Notes under the pieces: generated by a model
The model's input: the letters and a program-made list of their open reading frames with translations, nothing else
Told to the model about the DNA's origin: nothing
The model's database searches: none
Assembly (NCBI GenBank): GCA_034933205.1
Contig: JAYFNY010000052.1
Coordinates: 1,391-65,390 of the forward strand
Length of the DNA stretch: 64,000 nt
DNA from: Eubacteriales bacterium
GTDB taxonomy: Bacteria; Bacillota; Clostridia; Christensenellales; CAG-138
Reading direction: 5' to 3'
Translations under genes and position numbers: made by a program
In this document: positions 29,785-37,947 of the stretch, one piece after another
Layout of the letters: the number at the start of each line of letters is the position of its first letter
How positions within the stretch are numbered: position 1 is the stretch's first letter

Positions 29785-30762
29785 ATGAGCCGCATGCGGT
29801 TACTCAACGAAAGCAACGGATCCACATTCGAAGGTTTTTGTATCGTCAAAAGCGCGATCGTAAAAACCAATATCAAAGGTACGGAATATCTCGACCTTAT
29901 CTTAGCGGATTGCGAAGGCGAATGCGCCGGTAAGCTCTGGGACTATAACAAGGAATTGCACGGAACGTTTGAAGCGAACGACGTGGTCAAGGTTCGCGGT
30001 TCCGTCAATATCTGGAAAGACACCGAACAGCTCAAAATCGATAAGATCCGCCGCGTAACCCCGGAGGATGCAGTCGATATGGCAAAGCTTTTGCCCTGCT
30101 CGCCCTTCGATCCCGAATGGCTCTATGAGGAATTGTTTTCGCTCGCCGAAAACTTTCAGGACGACGATTTACGGCGGCTCGTCCAGTACCTGCTGCGGGA
30201 AAACAAGGAGAAGTTGCTGTTCTTCCCCGCGGCGGTCAAACTGCATCACGCTACGCGCGGAGGATTGCTGCACCATACCTGGACGCTGACAAAGCTCGCA
30301 AAGTCCGTAATCGAGATCTATCCGGCTTTGGACGGCGATTTGATCTATACCGGAGCGATTCTGCACGACATCGGAAAGCTCAAGGAACTCGATACGGGCG
30401 AGCTGGGCATTGCCAACGGATATACCGCGCGCGGCATGCTGGTCGGGCACATCTCCATCGGCATCGCGGATGTATCGAACGCCTGCGAAATGCTTGGCGT
30501 TCCGGAGGAAACCGCAATGCTGGTCGAACATATGCTGCTTGCCCATCACGGACAGGCGGAATTCGGGAGCCCGAAACCCCCTATGTTTGCCGAAGCGGAG
30601 GTCCTCGCCGAACTCGACCTTCTGGACAGCAAAATGTACGAGATGTTCGACGCGCTTTCCGGCGTATCCGTCGGCGCGTTTTCCGAACGCCAGTGGGCGC
30701 TGGACAATCGCCAGCTCTATTGCCACGGACACGGACACCTGAAAAAAAGCGAGAGTAAATAA
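29785..30762 (+). CDS. yhaM: 3'-5' exoribonuclease YhaM-like (OB fold plus HD domain)
   Basis: 325 aa. N-terminal OB-like region (FCIVKSAIVKTNIKGTEYLDLILAD) and HD-domain motifs ILHDIGK and LLAHHG. Confidence 0.8.
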   Translation: MSRMRLLNESNGSTFEGFCIVKSAIVKTNIKGTEYLDLILADCEGECAGKLWDYNKELHGTFEANDVVKVRGSVNIWKDTEQLKIDKIRRVTPEDAVDMAKLLPCSPFDPEWLYEELFSLAENFQDDDLRRLVQYLLRENKEKLLFFPAAVKLHHATRGGLLHHTWTLTKLAKSVIEIYPALDGDLIYTGAILHDIGKLKELDTGELGIANGYTARGMLVGHISIGIADVSNACEMLGVPEETAMLVEHMLLAHHGQAEFGSPKPPMFAEAEVLAELDLLDSKMYEMFDALSGVSVGAFSERQWALDNRQLYCHGHGHLKKSESK

Positions 30763-30782
30763 TTACGAGTTTCGGAAGAACG

Positions 30783-30823
30783 CAATCGGCCCGGCGAATC
30801 CCGCCGGGCCGATTGTTGTTGTG
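30783..30823. terminator. Strong hairpin between convergent genes (yhaM and the antiporter)
   Basis: 14-bp perfect stem caatcggcccggcg / cgccgggccgattg with a 5-nt loop, followed by a T-rich tract on the plus strand. Confidence 0.75.
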
Positions 30824-30828
30824 TACGT

Positions 30829-32034
30829 TTATTGCGCCGCCGTAGGCTGCGCGGGCTTTTGTTTCTTTTCCACTTCGATTTCTCCCGCTTTTATCAGGGA
30901 GAACTTGGTAACCACCGGCCCGATCAGTTCGTAGATCAGCGTAGCGCAGAGAATGACTGCCTGGATGGAAGCGCCGTACTCCGGAAGCTCTTTTACCACA
31001 AGCTGAGCAATACCTATGGCTACACCCGCCTGCGGAATCAGCGAGAATCCAAGATACTTTCGTATCTTATGCGAGGTCTTGGAGATCGTACAGCCGATAA
31101 ACGCGCCAAAGTATTTTCCAAGAACGCGTGTCAAAATATACACCACGCCGATTAAACCGAGGGACGGCAGCATGGCAACATTCAGATCCGCGCCGGAAAT
31201 CACAAAGAAAAGCATAAACAGCGGCGGCGTCCACGAATCCGCCTGTTCCAGCGTTTGAATCGCATCCTCCCGCAGGTTCACATAGGTAGCCCCAATCGCC
31301 ATGCAAAGCAGCAGATGCGAAAGATTAAACTTCTGTGCAATCGCTACTCCAAGCATGACCGCGGCAATGCTGATGCAAAGACGATTCGCCTTGCTGTGGA
31401 AAAAGCGGTTCGAAATCGCCACAAGGGTCCCGATGACTGCGCCGACTGCAAGCGAAAGAATGATCTCCAAAAGCGGATCCACGATCGTATTCATCACGCT
31501 GAACGCATCGCCGTTTTGAATCATTTTTGCTACGGAAACCGAAAGCGCATACGCCATCAGACCAACCGCGTCATCCATTGCGACGACGGGCAGAAGCGTA
31601 CTGGTCAGCTCACCCTTGGCATGGTACTGGCGAACCACAAGCAGCGTAGCCGCCGGAGCGGTTGCGGCGGCAATTGCGCCGAGGCAAAGCGCCATCGGGA
31701 CCGGGAAACCCAGCAAGCTGACGACAACGTCCACCAGAATTACCGCGCCAAGCGCTTCGCACGCGGTGATCACCAGAATTTTCCCGCCTATCGCCTTTAT
31801 ATGCGCGAGTTTGAATTCGCTGCCAATCGAAAACGCGATAAAGCCGAGAGCGGCTACCGTAATGATATCAAGCGCACTTAGTGCTTCCGGCGTAATGAAT
31901 CGAAAGCAATACGGACCAATTAGCAAACCGGCAATCAGATAACCCGTTACGTTGGGAAGCTGCACAAGTTTGACGACGCGGGTCAGCAGCAGACCCGCAA
32001 TCATAGCAATTGCGATATAGAATAATTCAGACAT
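30829..32034 (-). CDS. Cation:proton antiporter (CPA family, Na+/H+ exchanger fold)
   Basis: 401 aa, polytopic. N-terminus LTRVVKLVQLPNVTGYLIAGLLIGPY is typical of Kef/NapA-type exchangers. Confidence 0.85.
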   Translation of the reverse strand: MSELFYIAIAMIAGLLLTRVVKLVQLPNVTGYLIAGLLIGPYCFRFITPEALSALDIITVAALGFIAFSIGSEFKLAHIKAIGGKILVITACEALGAVILVDVVVSLLGFPVPMALCLGAIAAATAPAATLLVVRQYHAKGELTSTLLPVVAMDDAVGLMAYALSVSVAKMIQNGDAFSVMNTIVDPLLEIILSLAVGAVIGTLVAISNRFFHSKANRLCISIAAVMLGVAIAQKFNLSHLLLCMAIGATYVNLREDAIQTLEQADSWTPPLFMLFFVISGADLNVAMLPSLGLIGVVYILTRVLGKYFGAFIGCTISKTSHKIRKYLGFSLIPQAGVAIGIAQLVVKELPEYGASIQAVILCATLIYELIGPVVTKFSLIKAGEIEVEKKQKPAQPTAAQ

Positions 32035-32381
32035 TATTTATGCGAAACTCCTTCCCAATTCATTACCGGTAACGTAAACAGGATTCCGGTATTGGGGCTT
32101 TTGAGATCGCCCGCAACGCTATGTACGATTTCTTTTACGGCGGCAACGTCCTCGTCCTTGAGAACGATCATAATCATCTTATTGGTCTGCCGGCAGGGGT
32201 TAATAAACTGACGCAGCGATCCGAAGATCGGAGGCGCATCGTCGCTGTTGCATTCGCTCAGCGTTGTGAGCATCCCCTGGCAGTCCACTACCGTTCCGCC
32301 ATGGAACCCAGCTTCCATCAATTTGCTAAAGATCGGCGTCACGCTTTCTTCATGACTGGTAATATGAACGAATAACTGCAT
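32034..32381 (-). CDS. PII-like small signal-transduction protein, co-transcribed with the antiporter
   Basis: Start trimmed to MQLFVHITSHEE, preceded by AGGGAGA. The 115-aa protein has a beta-alpha-beta pattern, a long T-loop-like segment, and a second beta-alpha-beta (KMIMIVLKDEDVAAVKEIVH). Its stop shares 1 nt with the antiporter start. Confidence 0.5.
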   Translation of the reverse strand: MQLFVHITSHEESVTPIFSKLMEAGFHGGTVVDCQGMLTTLSECNSDDAPPIFGSLRQFINPCRQTNKMIMIVLKDEDVAAVKEIVHSVAGDLKSPNTGILFTLPVMNWEGVSHK

Positions 32382-32697
32382 ATACCCATCTCCCTTTCCA
32401 TTAGGCCCCATTGTCATACGGCAGAATTTCGTCTGCAATCCACGCGGGGACTACTCCGCAGTTCATAAACGAACATATGAAAATTACGCCCCTTCAGCGG
32501 ATTTGTCAAGTTTTACCGCCGAATTCCGCTTGATTTTTTCGGCTTGACGCATAGGTTTTGCGTTTTAAAAGCAAAACATGTGAAAGCGTCGCCTGCGCTT
32601 TCCAATCGTCCGCCGAAATGATCCGCATAGAAAAACGCCCCGTCGCAACCGCAGCGGAACGCTAACTGTGTTCATATTTTTCGCTGGCCTGTCTTCG

Positions 32698-33882
32698 TTA
32701 CGCCGCCTTCTGGGTAAGTTCGAACTGTGTTTTCTGATTGCAAACAACAATGGACGCATACAACGCGGCAAGGCAAACCAATAAATAGAACGGTAAAAAG
32801 GAAAACCCAAAGCGCTGCCCCGCCCAACCGACCAACGGCGGCATCAAGGTGCTGCCCACGTAAGCCGCGGCCATCTGCAGCCCGATCACCGCCTGGGAAT
32901 ACACCGCGCCAAAACGACGCGGAGTGATGTGGATCAAATTCGGAAACACCGGAGCGCACCCGACGCCAAAGAGCATCAGTCCCGCCAGCAGCATCCCATC
33001 CGGCAAAGGAAAGGCCAGGATGAGCGCGCCAAGCGCGGCAAGTACGATCCCCGCGTTGATCAGTATCTTCTCCCGCACTTTCACGGCAAGAAGACCGGAA
33101 ACCAGCCGCCCGCCCATGATACCGAAGAAGAACATGGAGCCCCAGCTGGCGGCGGCGCTTGGCTCCACGCCGCGCACATGCACAAAGTAGGTTGCCGCCC
33201 ATAACCCGACCGTCGTTTCGGCAGCGCAGTAAAAAAAGAACGAGAGAACCGCAAACATTACGCCGCGCCTTCGAATCGCCGTTCGATTGTCGATCTGCAT
33301 CGCCTGCTGTGTCGTATCCTGCAAAGCAGCGTGGGGAACTTTCTTCCAAATCGGCAAGGTAACCAGAAGGAAGGCCGCCAGCGAAAACTGAATCAGCGAT
33401 ACGGTGTGATACCCTCCGCGCCAATTTCCTCCCTGGCGCAGAAAATAAGCCATGATCAGCGGGCTGATTGTGGCTCCTACGCCCCAGAAGCAATGCAAAA
33501 AGCTCATGTGGCTCGCTTTATAATGCAAAGCAACGTAATTATTCAGCGAAGCGTCTATTGCTCCGGCGCCAAGTCCGAGCGGGATTGCCAGAAGCAGCAG
33601 AAACATAAAGTTACTGCTGTACGAAATCCCAAAAAGCGCGCTTGCCGTCAGCAGGACGCTCACCGCCGTAACCGTCCCCGTACCAAAGCGCCTTACGACA
33701 CGCACGGTCATCAGACTCGAAACCACAGTCCCCGCCGTAATAAACACGGAGACCAGCCCCGCGTAGGAAACAGGCGCTCCCAATTCGGCGTAAGCAACCG
33801 GCCAGGCTGCGCCCAGAAGGGAATCCGGAAGGCCCAGACTGATGAAAGCAAGATAGATTACAATCAATAAAAAAGTAGCCAT
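32698..33882 (-). CDS. MFS transporter
   Basis: 394 aa with 12 TM helices and an MFS-like loop motif (RVVRRFGTG). Divergent from a TetR-family gene. Confidence 0.85.
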   Translation of the reverse strand: MATFLLIVIYLAFISLGLPDSLLGAAWPVAYAELGAPVSYAGLVSVFITAGTVVSSLMTVRVVRRFGTGTVTAVSVLLTASALFGISYSSNFMFLLLLAIPLGLGAGAIDASLNNYVALHYKASHMSFLHCFWGVGATISPLIMAYFLRQGGNWRGGYHTVSLIQFSLAAFLLVTLPIWKKVPHAALQDTTQQAMQIDNRTAIRRRGVMFAVLSFFFYCAAETTVGLWAATYFVHVRGVEPSAAASWGSMFFFGIMGGRLVSGLLAVKVREKILINAGIVLAALGALILAFPLPDGMLLAGLMLFGVGCAPVFPNLIHITPRRFGAVYSQAVIGLQMAAAYVGSTLMPPLVGWAGQRFGFSFLPFYLLVCLAALYASIVVCNQKTQFELTQKAA

Positions 33883-34060
33883 GCGCGTATTGTATCGGTT
33901 TTTTTTGTACTTGAAAAGGTATGTATCCCTCGGTTGGCAAGATTCTGCTGAAACTCGGCGGTTTTGTGATATGACCTTCGTCCTAGCGATCCTGTCCTAC
34001 CGTTCCTTTTCCGAAGGCTCCGGCACTTCCTTTTTCTTCTTTCGATATTTCCACATATTA

Positions 34061-34113
34061 AACGATCAATCGTTCGTTTATCTATTGATTCTTCTATCAT
34101 TTGCTCGTATAAT
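34061..34113 (+). promoter_or_regulatory. Putative TetR-gene promoter with an adjacent inverted repeat (candidate operator)
   Basis: TTGATT (34085-34090), N17, TATAAT (34108-34113). Inverted repeat AACGAT-ca-ATCGTT at 34061-34074. Confidence 0.55.
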
Positions 34114-34174
34114 AAATCGAACTGTTCCGTGATACGCGCACGATACAGGAATCACCGGAAAGGACATCCGCTTT

Positions 34175-34866
34175 ATGGAAAACAAACCGGCTGAAAAAGC
34201 CAAAAACGCCGCCGCGGGCTTGCGACCGCTCAATCGATCCTGGACGCCGCCGCCGGGCTCTTTGCCCGCCGCGGTTACGAGGGCGTTTCGGTTCGGGAAA
34301 TCGCGCAGAAGGCCGGCATCAAGGAAAGCTCCATCTACAACCACTTTCACAGCAAATCGGAAATACTGGAAACGCTTTACGATGATTTTATCCGTCTTGT
34401 GCCGCAGACCCGCCCTTCGGAGGAAGAACTCGACCGTATGCTGCTCCTCATGGAGCCCGAGGAGATCTTGAAAGCCATTCTCTTTCACATTGGGAAAAGT
34501 GTAAGCGGAACGCTCTCCAACACCGCCATGATCATCAATCTTGAAAAATTCAAGAGTACCCGCGCGGCGGATATGTACGTCCGCTATGTCGTTTCGGAAC
34601 CTTCGGAGTACTATGAGCGTCTGATCCGGAAAATGATCGACCGAAACATGATTCGGCAGGTGGACGCGCGCCTGGTCGCAGAGCAATATAACTACGTTTC
34701 CATCGCGCTCACCAAAGAATACATCATGGCGCAATATGGTCTGGCCGATACGCATGCCGTCGTCGCCTATATGATCCGCACGCTCCGTTTTTTCTGCGAC
34801 GTGCTCCGGCAGGGCTTGCCGGTACGATATGAGGAATCTTCCCGTGAAACGAAAACACCCGGTTAA
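34175..34866 (+). pseudogene. TetR/AcrR-family transcriptional regulator interrupted by an apparent 1-nt deletion (frame shift of -1) in an A5 run
   Basis: The ATG at 34175 gives MENKPAEK. The HTH continues in the -1 frame from about 34195 (KSQKRRRGLATAQSILDAAAGLFARRGYEGVSVREIAQKAGIKESSIYNHF), which is the frame of the tracked ORF 34399..34866. That frame is closed by TGA at 34192-34194 and has no start codon before the HTH. The A5 run is at 34194-34198. Confidence 0.7.
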
Positions 34867-35362
34867 GACTCTTTCGGAACGTTACCCACCATCCGCCCCC
34901 TGCCAATGCGACATCTGCCGAGGATACTGCCAGCGCCCCGGCTGGTGGACCGTTGAAGAGGCAAGGCGTGCGATGGCCGCCGGATATGCGTCTCGCATGA
35001 TGCTGGAACTCTCTCCCGACCATACCTTCGGCGTATTGTCCCCGGCGTTTCGCGGCTGCGAGCAGTCCGTTGCACTGCAGGCATTTTCGAGGAATGGCTG
35101 TACCTTTCTGCGAATGGGTCTTTGCATGCTGCACGGATCCGAGTTGGAACCGCTGGAATGCCGTTTCTGTCATCATCTGCGGCAGGGGCAAGGGCAAAAA
35201 TGTCATTCCGACCTGGAGAAGGACTGGCGCACACCGGCAGGGCAAGCCCTCGTGAAGGAATGGCTGCGGCGTATATACGCGCAAAAAACCGACCTTCCCT
35301 CCATAGCATCTCTTTCCGGAGCCGAGAGCGGTCCCTTTTCCTCCGGGACTCTTCAGTCGTAG
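34829..35362 (+). CDS. Cysteine-rich hypothetical protein
   Basis: 177-aa ORF. An alternative GTG start at 34844 is preceded by GAGGAA plus 7 nt. Cys clusters CQCDICRGYC and CRFCHH. It overlaps the TetR 3' end. I recognised no family. Confidence 0.45.
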   Translation: MRNLPVKRKHPVKTLSERYPPSAPCQCDICRGYCQRPGWWTVEEARRAMAAGYASRMMLELSPDHTFGVLSPAFRGCEQSVALQAFSRNGCTFLRMGLCMLHGSELEPLECRFCHHLRQGQGQKCHSDLEKDWRTPAGQALVKEWLRRIYAQKTDLPSIASLSGAESGPFSSGTLQS

Positions 35363-35435
35363 CGTCCGTGTTCGTTCACAGAAATGTTTCCTCATCCGCA
35401 TGGCGCCCGGTTTCTTTACGCGTTATACTCATTTT

Positions 35436-36233
35436 ATGCAAAAAACAACCGCTCCCTCCGGCAACCCCGCTACGCGCGGGCAAAAGATCGCGGCCGCCGC
35501 ATCCATCGCGGTATTTTTAATCGTGCTTGCGTTACTTACCATTTTTGTTGGCGTTCCGCTCGTGAAAACGCTCGGCGACCCCGCAACGTTTCGCACGTGG
35601 GTTGACGCGCGCGGATTCTGGGGACGCGTGCTGTTCGTCGGCGTGATCATGCTGCAGGTCATCATTGCGTTTATTCCAGCCGAACCGCTGGAGATCGCAG
35701 CCGGATATGCGTTCGGAGCGGTATGGGGAACGCTCTTTGTCTGGATCGGTCTCGTGCTTGGAAGCACGGTCGTGTTTCTTTTTGTCAGAAAAATCGGAGT
35801 CAAAGCGGTCGAAGTATTCTTCCCTCGTGAAAAAATCGATTCCTTCAAATATCTTAAGAACGAAAAAGCACTCAATGCAACCGCATTCTTTCTTTTTCTG
35901 ATACCCGGCACACCAAAGGATTTGCTGACCTATCTTGCCGGACTGACCAAGATCCGGCTCCTTCCCTGGATCCTTTTAACAAGCGTCGCGCGGATCCCTT
36001 CCATTGTAACCTCCACGATTAGCGGCAATGCCCTTGGGCTCGAAAAGTACGGCCTTGCCATCCTTGTTTTTGCCGCCACCGCTCTGGTCTCCGGCGCGGG
36101 GATGTTACTTTACGCCCGCGCGCAGAAGAAACGTTCCTTCCGCGAAGCGGCAAAAGCGCTCTCGGAGCAACCTCTGGAGGAACGCCCAATCGAAACCGCG
36201 GAGAACACCGTTTCCCCCTCCGAACGGAACTGA
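35436..36233 (+). CDS. TVP38/TMEM64 (DedA-related) family membrane protein
   Basis: Start trimmed to MQKTT. Motifs IPAEPLEIAAGYAFG and LIPGTPKDLLTYLAGLT are typical of the family. Confidence 0.8.
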   Translation: MQKTTAPSGNPATRGQKIAAAASIAVFLIVLALLTIFVGVPLVKTLGDPATFRTWVDARGFWGRVLFVGVIMLQVIIAFIPAEPLEIAAGYAFGAVWGTLFVWIGLVLGSTVVFLFVRKIGVKAVEVFFPREKIDSFKYLKNEKALNATAFFLFLIPGTPKDLLTYLAGLTKIRLLPWILLTSVARIPSIVTSTISGNALGLEKYGLAILVFAATALVSGAGMLLYARAQKKRSFREAAKALSEQPLEERPIETAENTVSPSERN

Positions 36234-36504
36234 TCGGCGACAAACGTTCCTTCGCTGCTTTTCCCCCTTTCTCCTTTCCACATAGGCCATTGAACAAGTG
36301 AATTCGAAAAAGTGCAACCGTATTACTTCTTCTATTCCTTTTCGTTACGTTCCCTTCGTCTTTTTGCAGAACATTCGCTTGATCCGCGCAACCTGTTCTG
36401 CAGTGATTTTTCCGTATCGATGCACAATCGCCGCACAAACGAATTCTTTGCAAAACGCATTCGGTGAATAGTTATTCTAGTGCGTTTTTTGTATATTCAC
36501 CAAT

Positions 36505-36577
36505 CTATCCACACCATCCACATACTTATCCACCATGCGACCTTCGGATTCTGCTTGCTTTTTCAAAGTTGTCCACA
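36505..36577 (+). promoter_or_regulatory. DnaA-box cluster 1 (four co-oriented boxes)
   Basis: CTATCCACA (36505-36513), CCATCCACA (36514-36522), TTATCCACC (36526-36534) and TTGTCCACA (36569-36577), compared with the consensus TTATCCACA. They lie in a 631-bp lower-GC gap between convergent genes. Confidence 0.7.
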
Positions 36578-36790
36578 CTCTGCACGCTGAATACCCAGAC
36601 CTGACGGTGGAAAACTACGCATCGGTTACGCAATATGTTTCCTTTGGTATGCAAAAATGTCAAAACTGTGAAATTGCGTTTTTTGCAGGCCACTGTAGCA
36701 AAACAATCTTTTCATCGCGACCTTTTTCAAAGATGATCCCAATTTCAACCGAATTTTCCTTTCCTTTCCTGCAATCCTTTAAGGGATAGA

Positions 36791-36818
36791 AAACGGCGCC
36801 CTGCAATGGACGCCGTTT
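36791..36818 (-). terminator. Rho-independent terminator of tsaD
   Basis: Stem aaacggcg / cgccgttt. On the minus strand it is followed by TTTTCT. Confidence 0.6.
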
Positions 36819-36864
36819 CTCGTACCCGGTCTTTATGGCAAAAGGATCGATCCAATCGAACCCC

Positions 36865-37947
36865 TTATGCTTCGTTTTCAATGGAAAGATACGGCACGGC
36901 GTTGAGCGAAAGCGAGTCGGGCCGCCCGCACATCAGCTTGCCATACGCCGCGCTGCCAACCATAGCGGCATTATCCGTACAATACGCAAAATCCGGGCAG
37001 TAAAACGAAATGCCGGCTTGCCGGGCTCTCGTCTGTAAAGCGGTGCGCAAGGCTTTGTTTGCGGAAACCCCGCCCGCAAGCGCAAGCTTTTTCGACGCGT
37101 CTCCCTTTTGAAGCAATGCAGCGCGAATCGATTTCTCCGTCAGGATATCGACCACCGTTTTTTGAAAGGAAGCCGCAAGGTCTGCTTTTTCTATCGTTTC
37201 CCCCGCTTGTGCGGCGTTGTGCAGGCGGTTAACCACGGCGGTCTTGATTCCGGAAAAGCTGAAATCGAACCCTTCCCCCTCGTTGAACGCAGAGTGAAAG
37301 CGGTATTTTTCCGGATTTCCGGCAAGCGCAAGCTTCTCCAGATTCGGGCCGCCCGGATAAGACAACCCGAGCACGCGCGCCACCTTATCGAACGCTTCGC
37401 CAGCCGCATCGTCCCGTGTGTGTCCGACCAGACGATACCGGTCGTAGCCTTCCACAACGATAATATGGCTGTGTCCGCCGGACGCAACAAGGCAGGTAAA
37501 CGGCGGCTCCAGGTTGGGGTCACTCAGGTAATTCGCCGCAATATGCGAAGCGATATGGTTTACGCCGAGAAACGGAAGTCCCGAAGCATAGGCAAGTCCC
37601 TTCGCATAGCTCAGCCCAACCAGCAGAGCACCGACAAGTCCCGGCCCGTACGTAACCGCAACCGCGTCCAATTCGCCGATGGACAATCCCGCCTGCAGAA
37701 GCGCGGCGGAAACGACGGAACCGATCTTCTGCACATGACTGCGTGAAGCGATCTCCGGCACTACGCCGCCGTATGGCGTATGCAACGGGATCTGGGTATA
37801 AACAGAATTGGAAAGCACGCGCCGGCCGTTTTCCACTACAGCGGCGGCGGTTTCGTCGCAGGAGGTTTCGATTGCCAGAACTCGCGCCTGCTTGCTTTCC
37901 CGGATCCGGTCGAACCGAAGCTGCGCGAGCCGCTCATACTCAGTCAT
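36865..37947 (-). CDS. tsaD: tRNA N6-adenosine threonylcarbamoyltransferase TsaD (Gcp/Kae1)
   Basis: Start trimmed to MTEYERLAQL...VLAIETSCDETAAAV. Also GPGLVGALLVG and NHIASH. The 90-codon Arg-rich N-terminal extension of the tracked ORF overlaps the upstream gene and is rejected. Confidence 0.92.
   Translation of the reverse strand: MTEYERLAQLRFDRIRESKQARVLAIETSCDETAAAVVENGRRVLSNSVYTQIPLHTPYGGVVPEIASRSHVQKIGSVVSAALLQAGLSIGELDAVAVTYGPGLVGALLVGLSYAKGLAYASGLPFLGVNHIASHIAANYLSDPNLEPPFTCLVASGGHSHIIVVEGYDRYRLVGHTRDDAAGEAFDKVARVLGLSYPGGPNLEKLALAGNPEKYRFHSAFNEGEGFDFSFSGIKTAVVNRLHNAAQAGETIEKADLAASFQKTVVDILTEKSIRAALLQKGDASKKLALAGGVSANKALRTALQTRARQAGISFYCPDFAYCTDNAAMVGSAAYGKLMCGRPDSLSLNAVPYLSIENEA

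Noticed and set aside
32672-33493. 273-aa alternative-frame ORF within the MFS transporter gene
   Set aside because: It is on the same strand as a clear 12-TM MFS protein but in a different frame. It is Arg/Gly-rich.
34061-34074. Idea that the TetR-region palindrome AACGATcaATCGTT and the repeat palindrome ACGATATCGT (25848 and 25904) are sites for the same regulator
   Set aside because: The half-sites look alike, but the spacing differs (2 nt versus 0), and short ACGAT-type half-sites are common. The evidence is insufficient to link the two loci.
34078-34755. 225-aa minus-strand ORF
   Set aside because: It is antisense to the TetR gene, it runs through the MFS/TetR divergent promoter region, and it has no motifs.
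36768-36777. The 10-mer cctgcaatcc shared between the two DnaA-box regions (also at 60897-60906)
   Set aside because: A single 10-mer match between two ~650-bp regions is expected by chance about one time in three, and the flanks do not align.
36535-36789. 84-aa plus-strand ORF inside DnaA-box region 1
   Set aside because: It has low GC, no RBS, and a composition unlike the window's genes. It starts inside a DnaA box, so I treat the region as non-coding.
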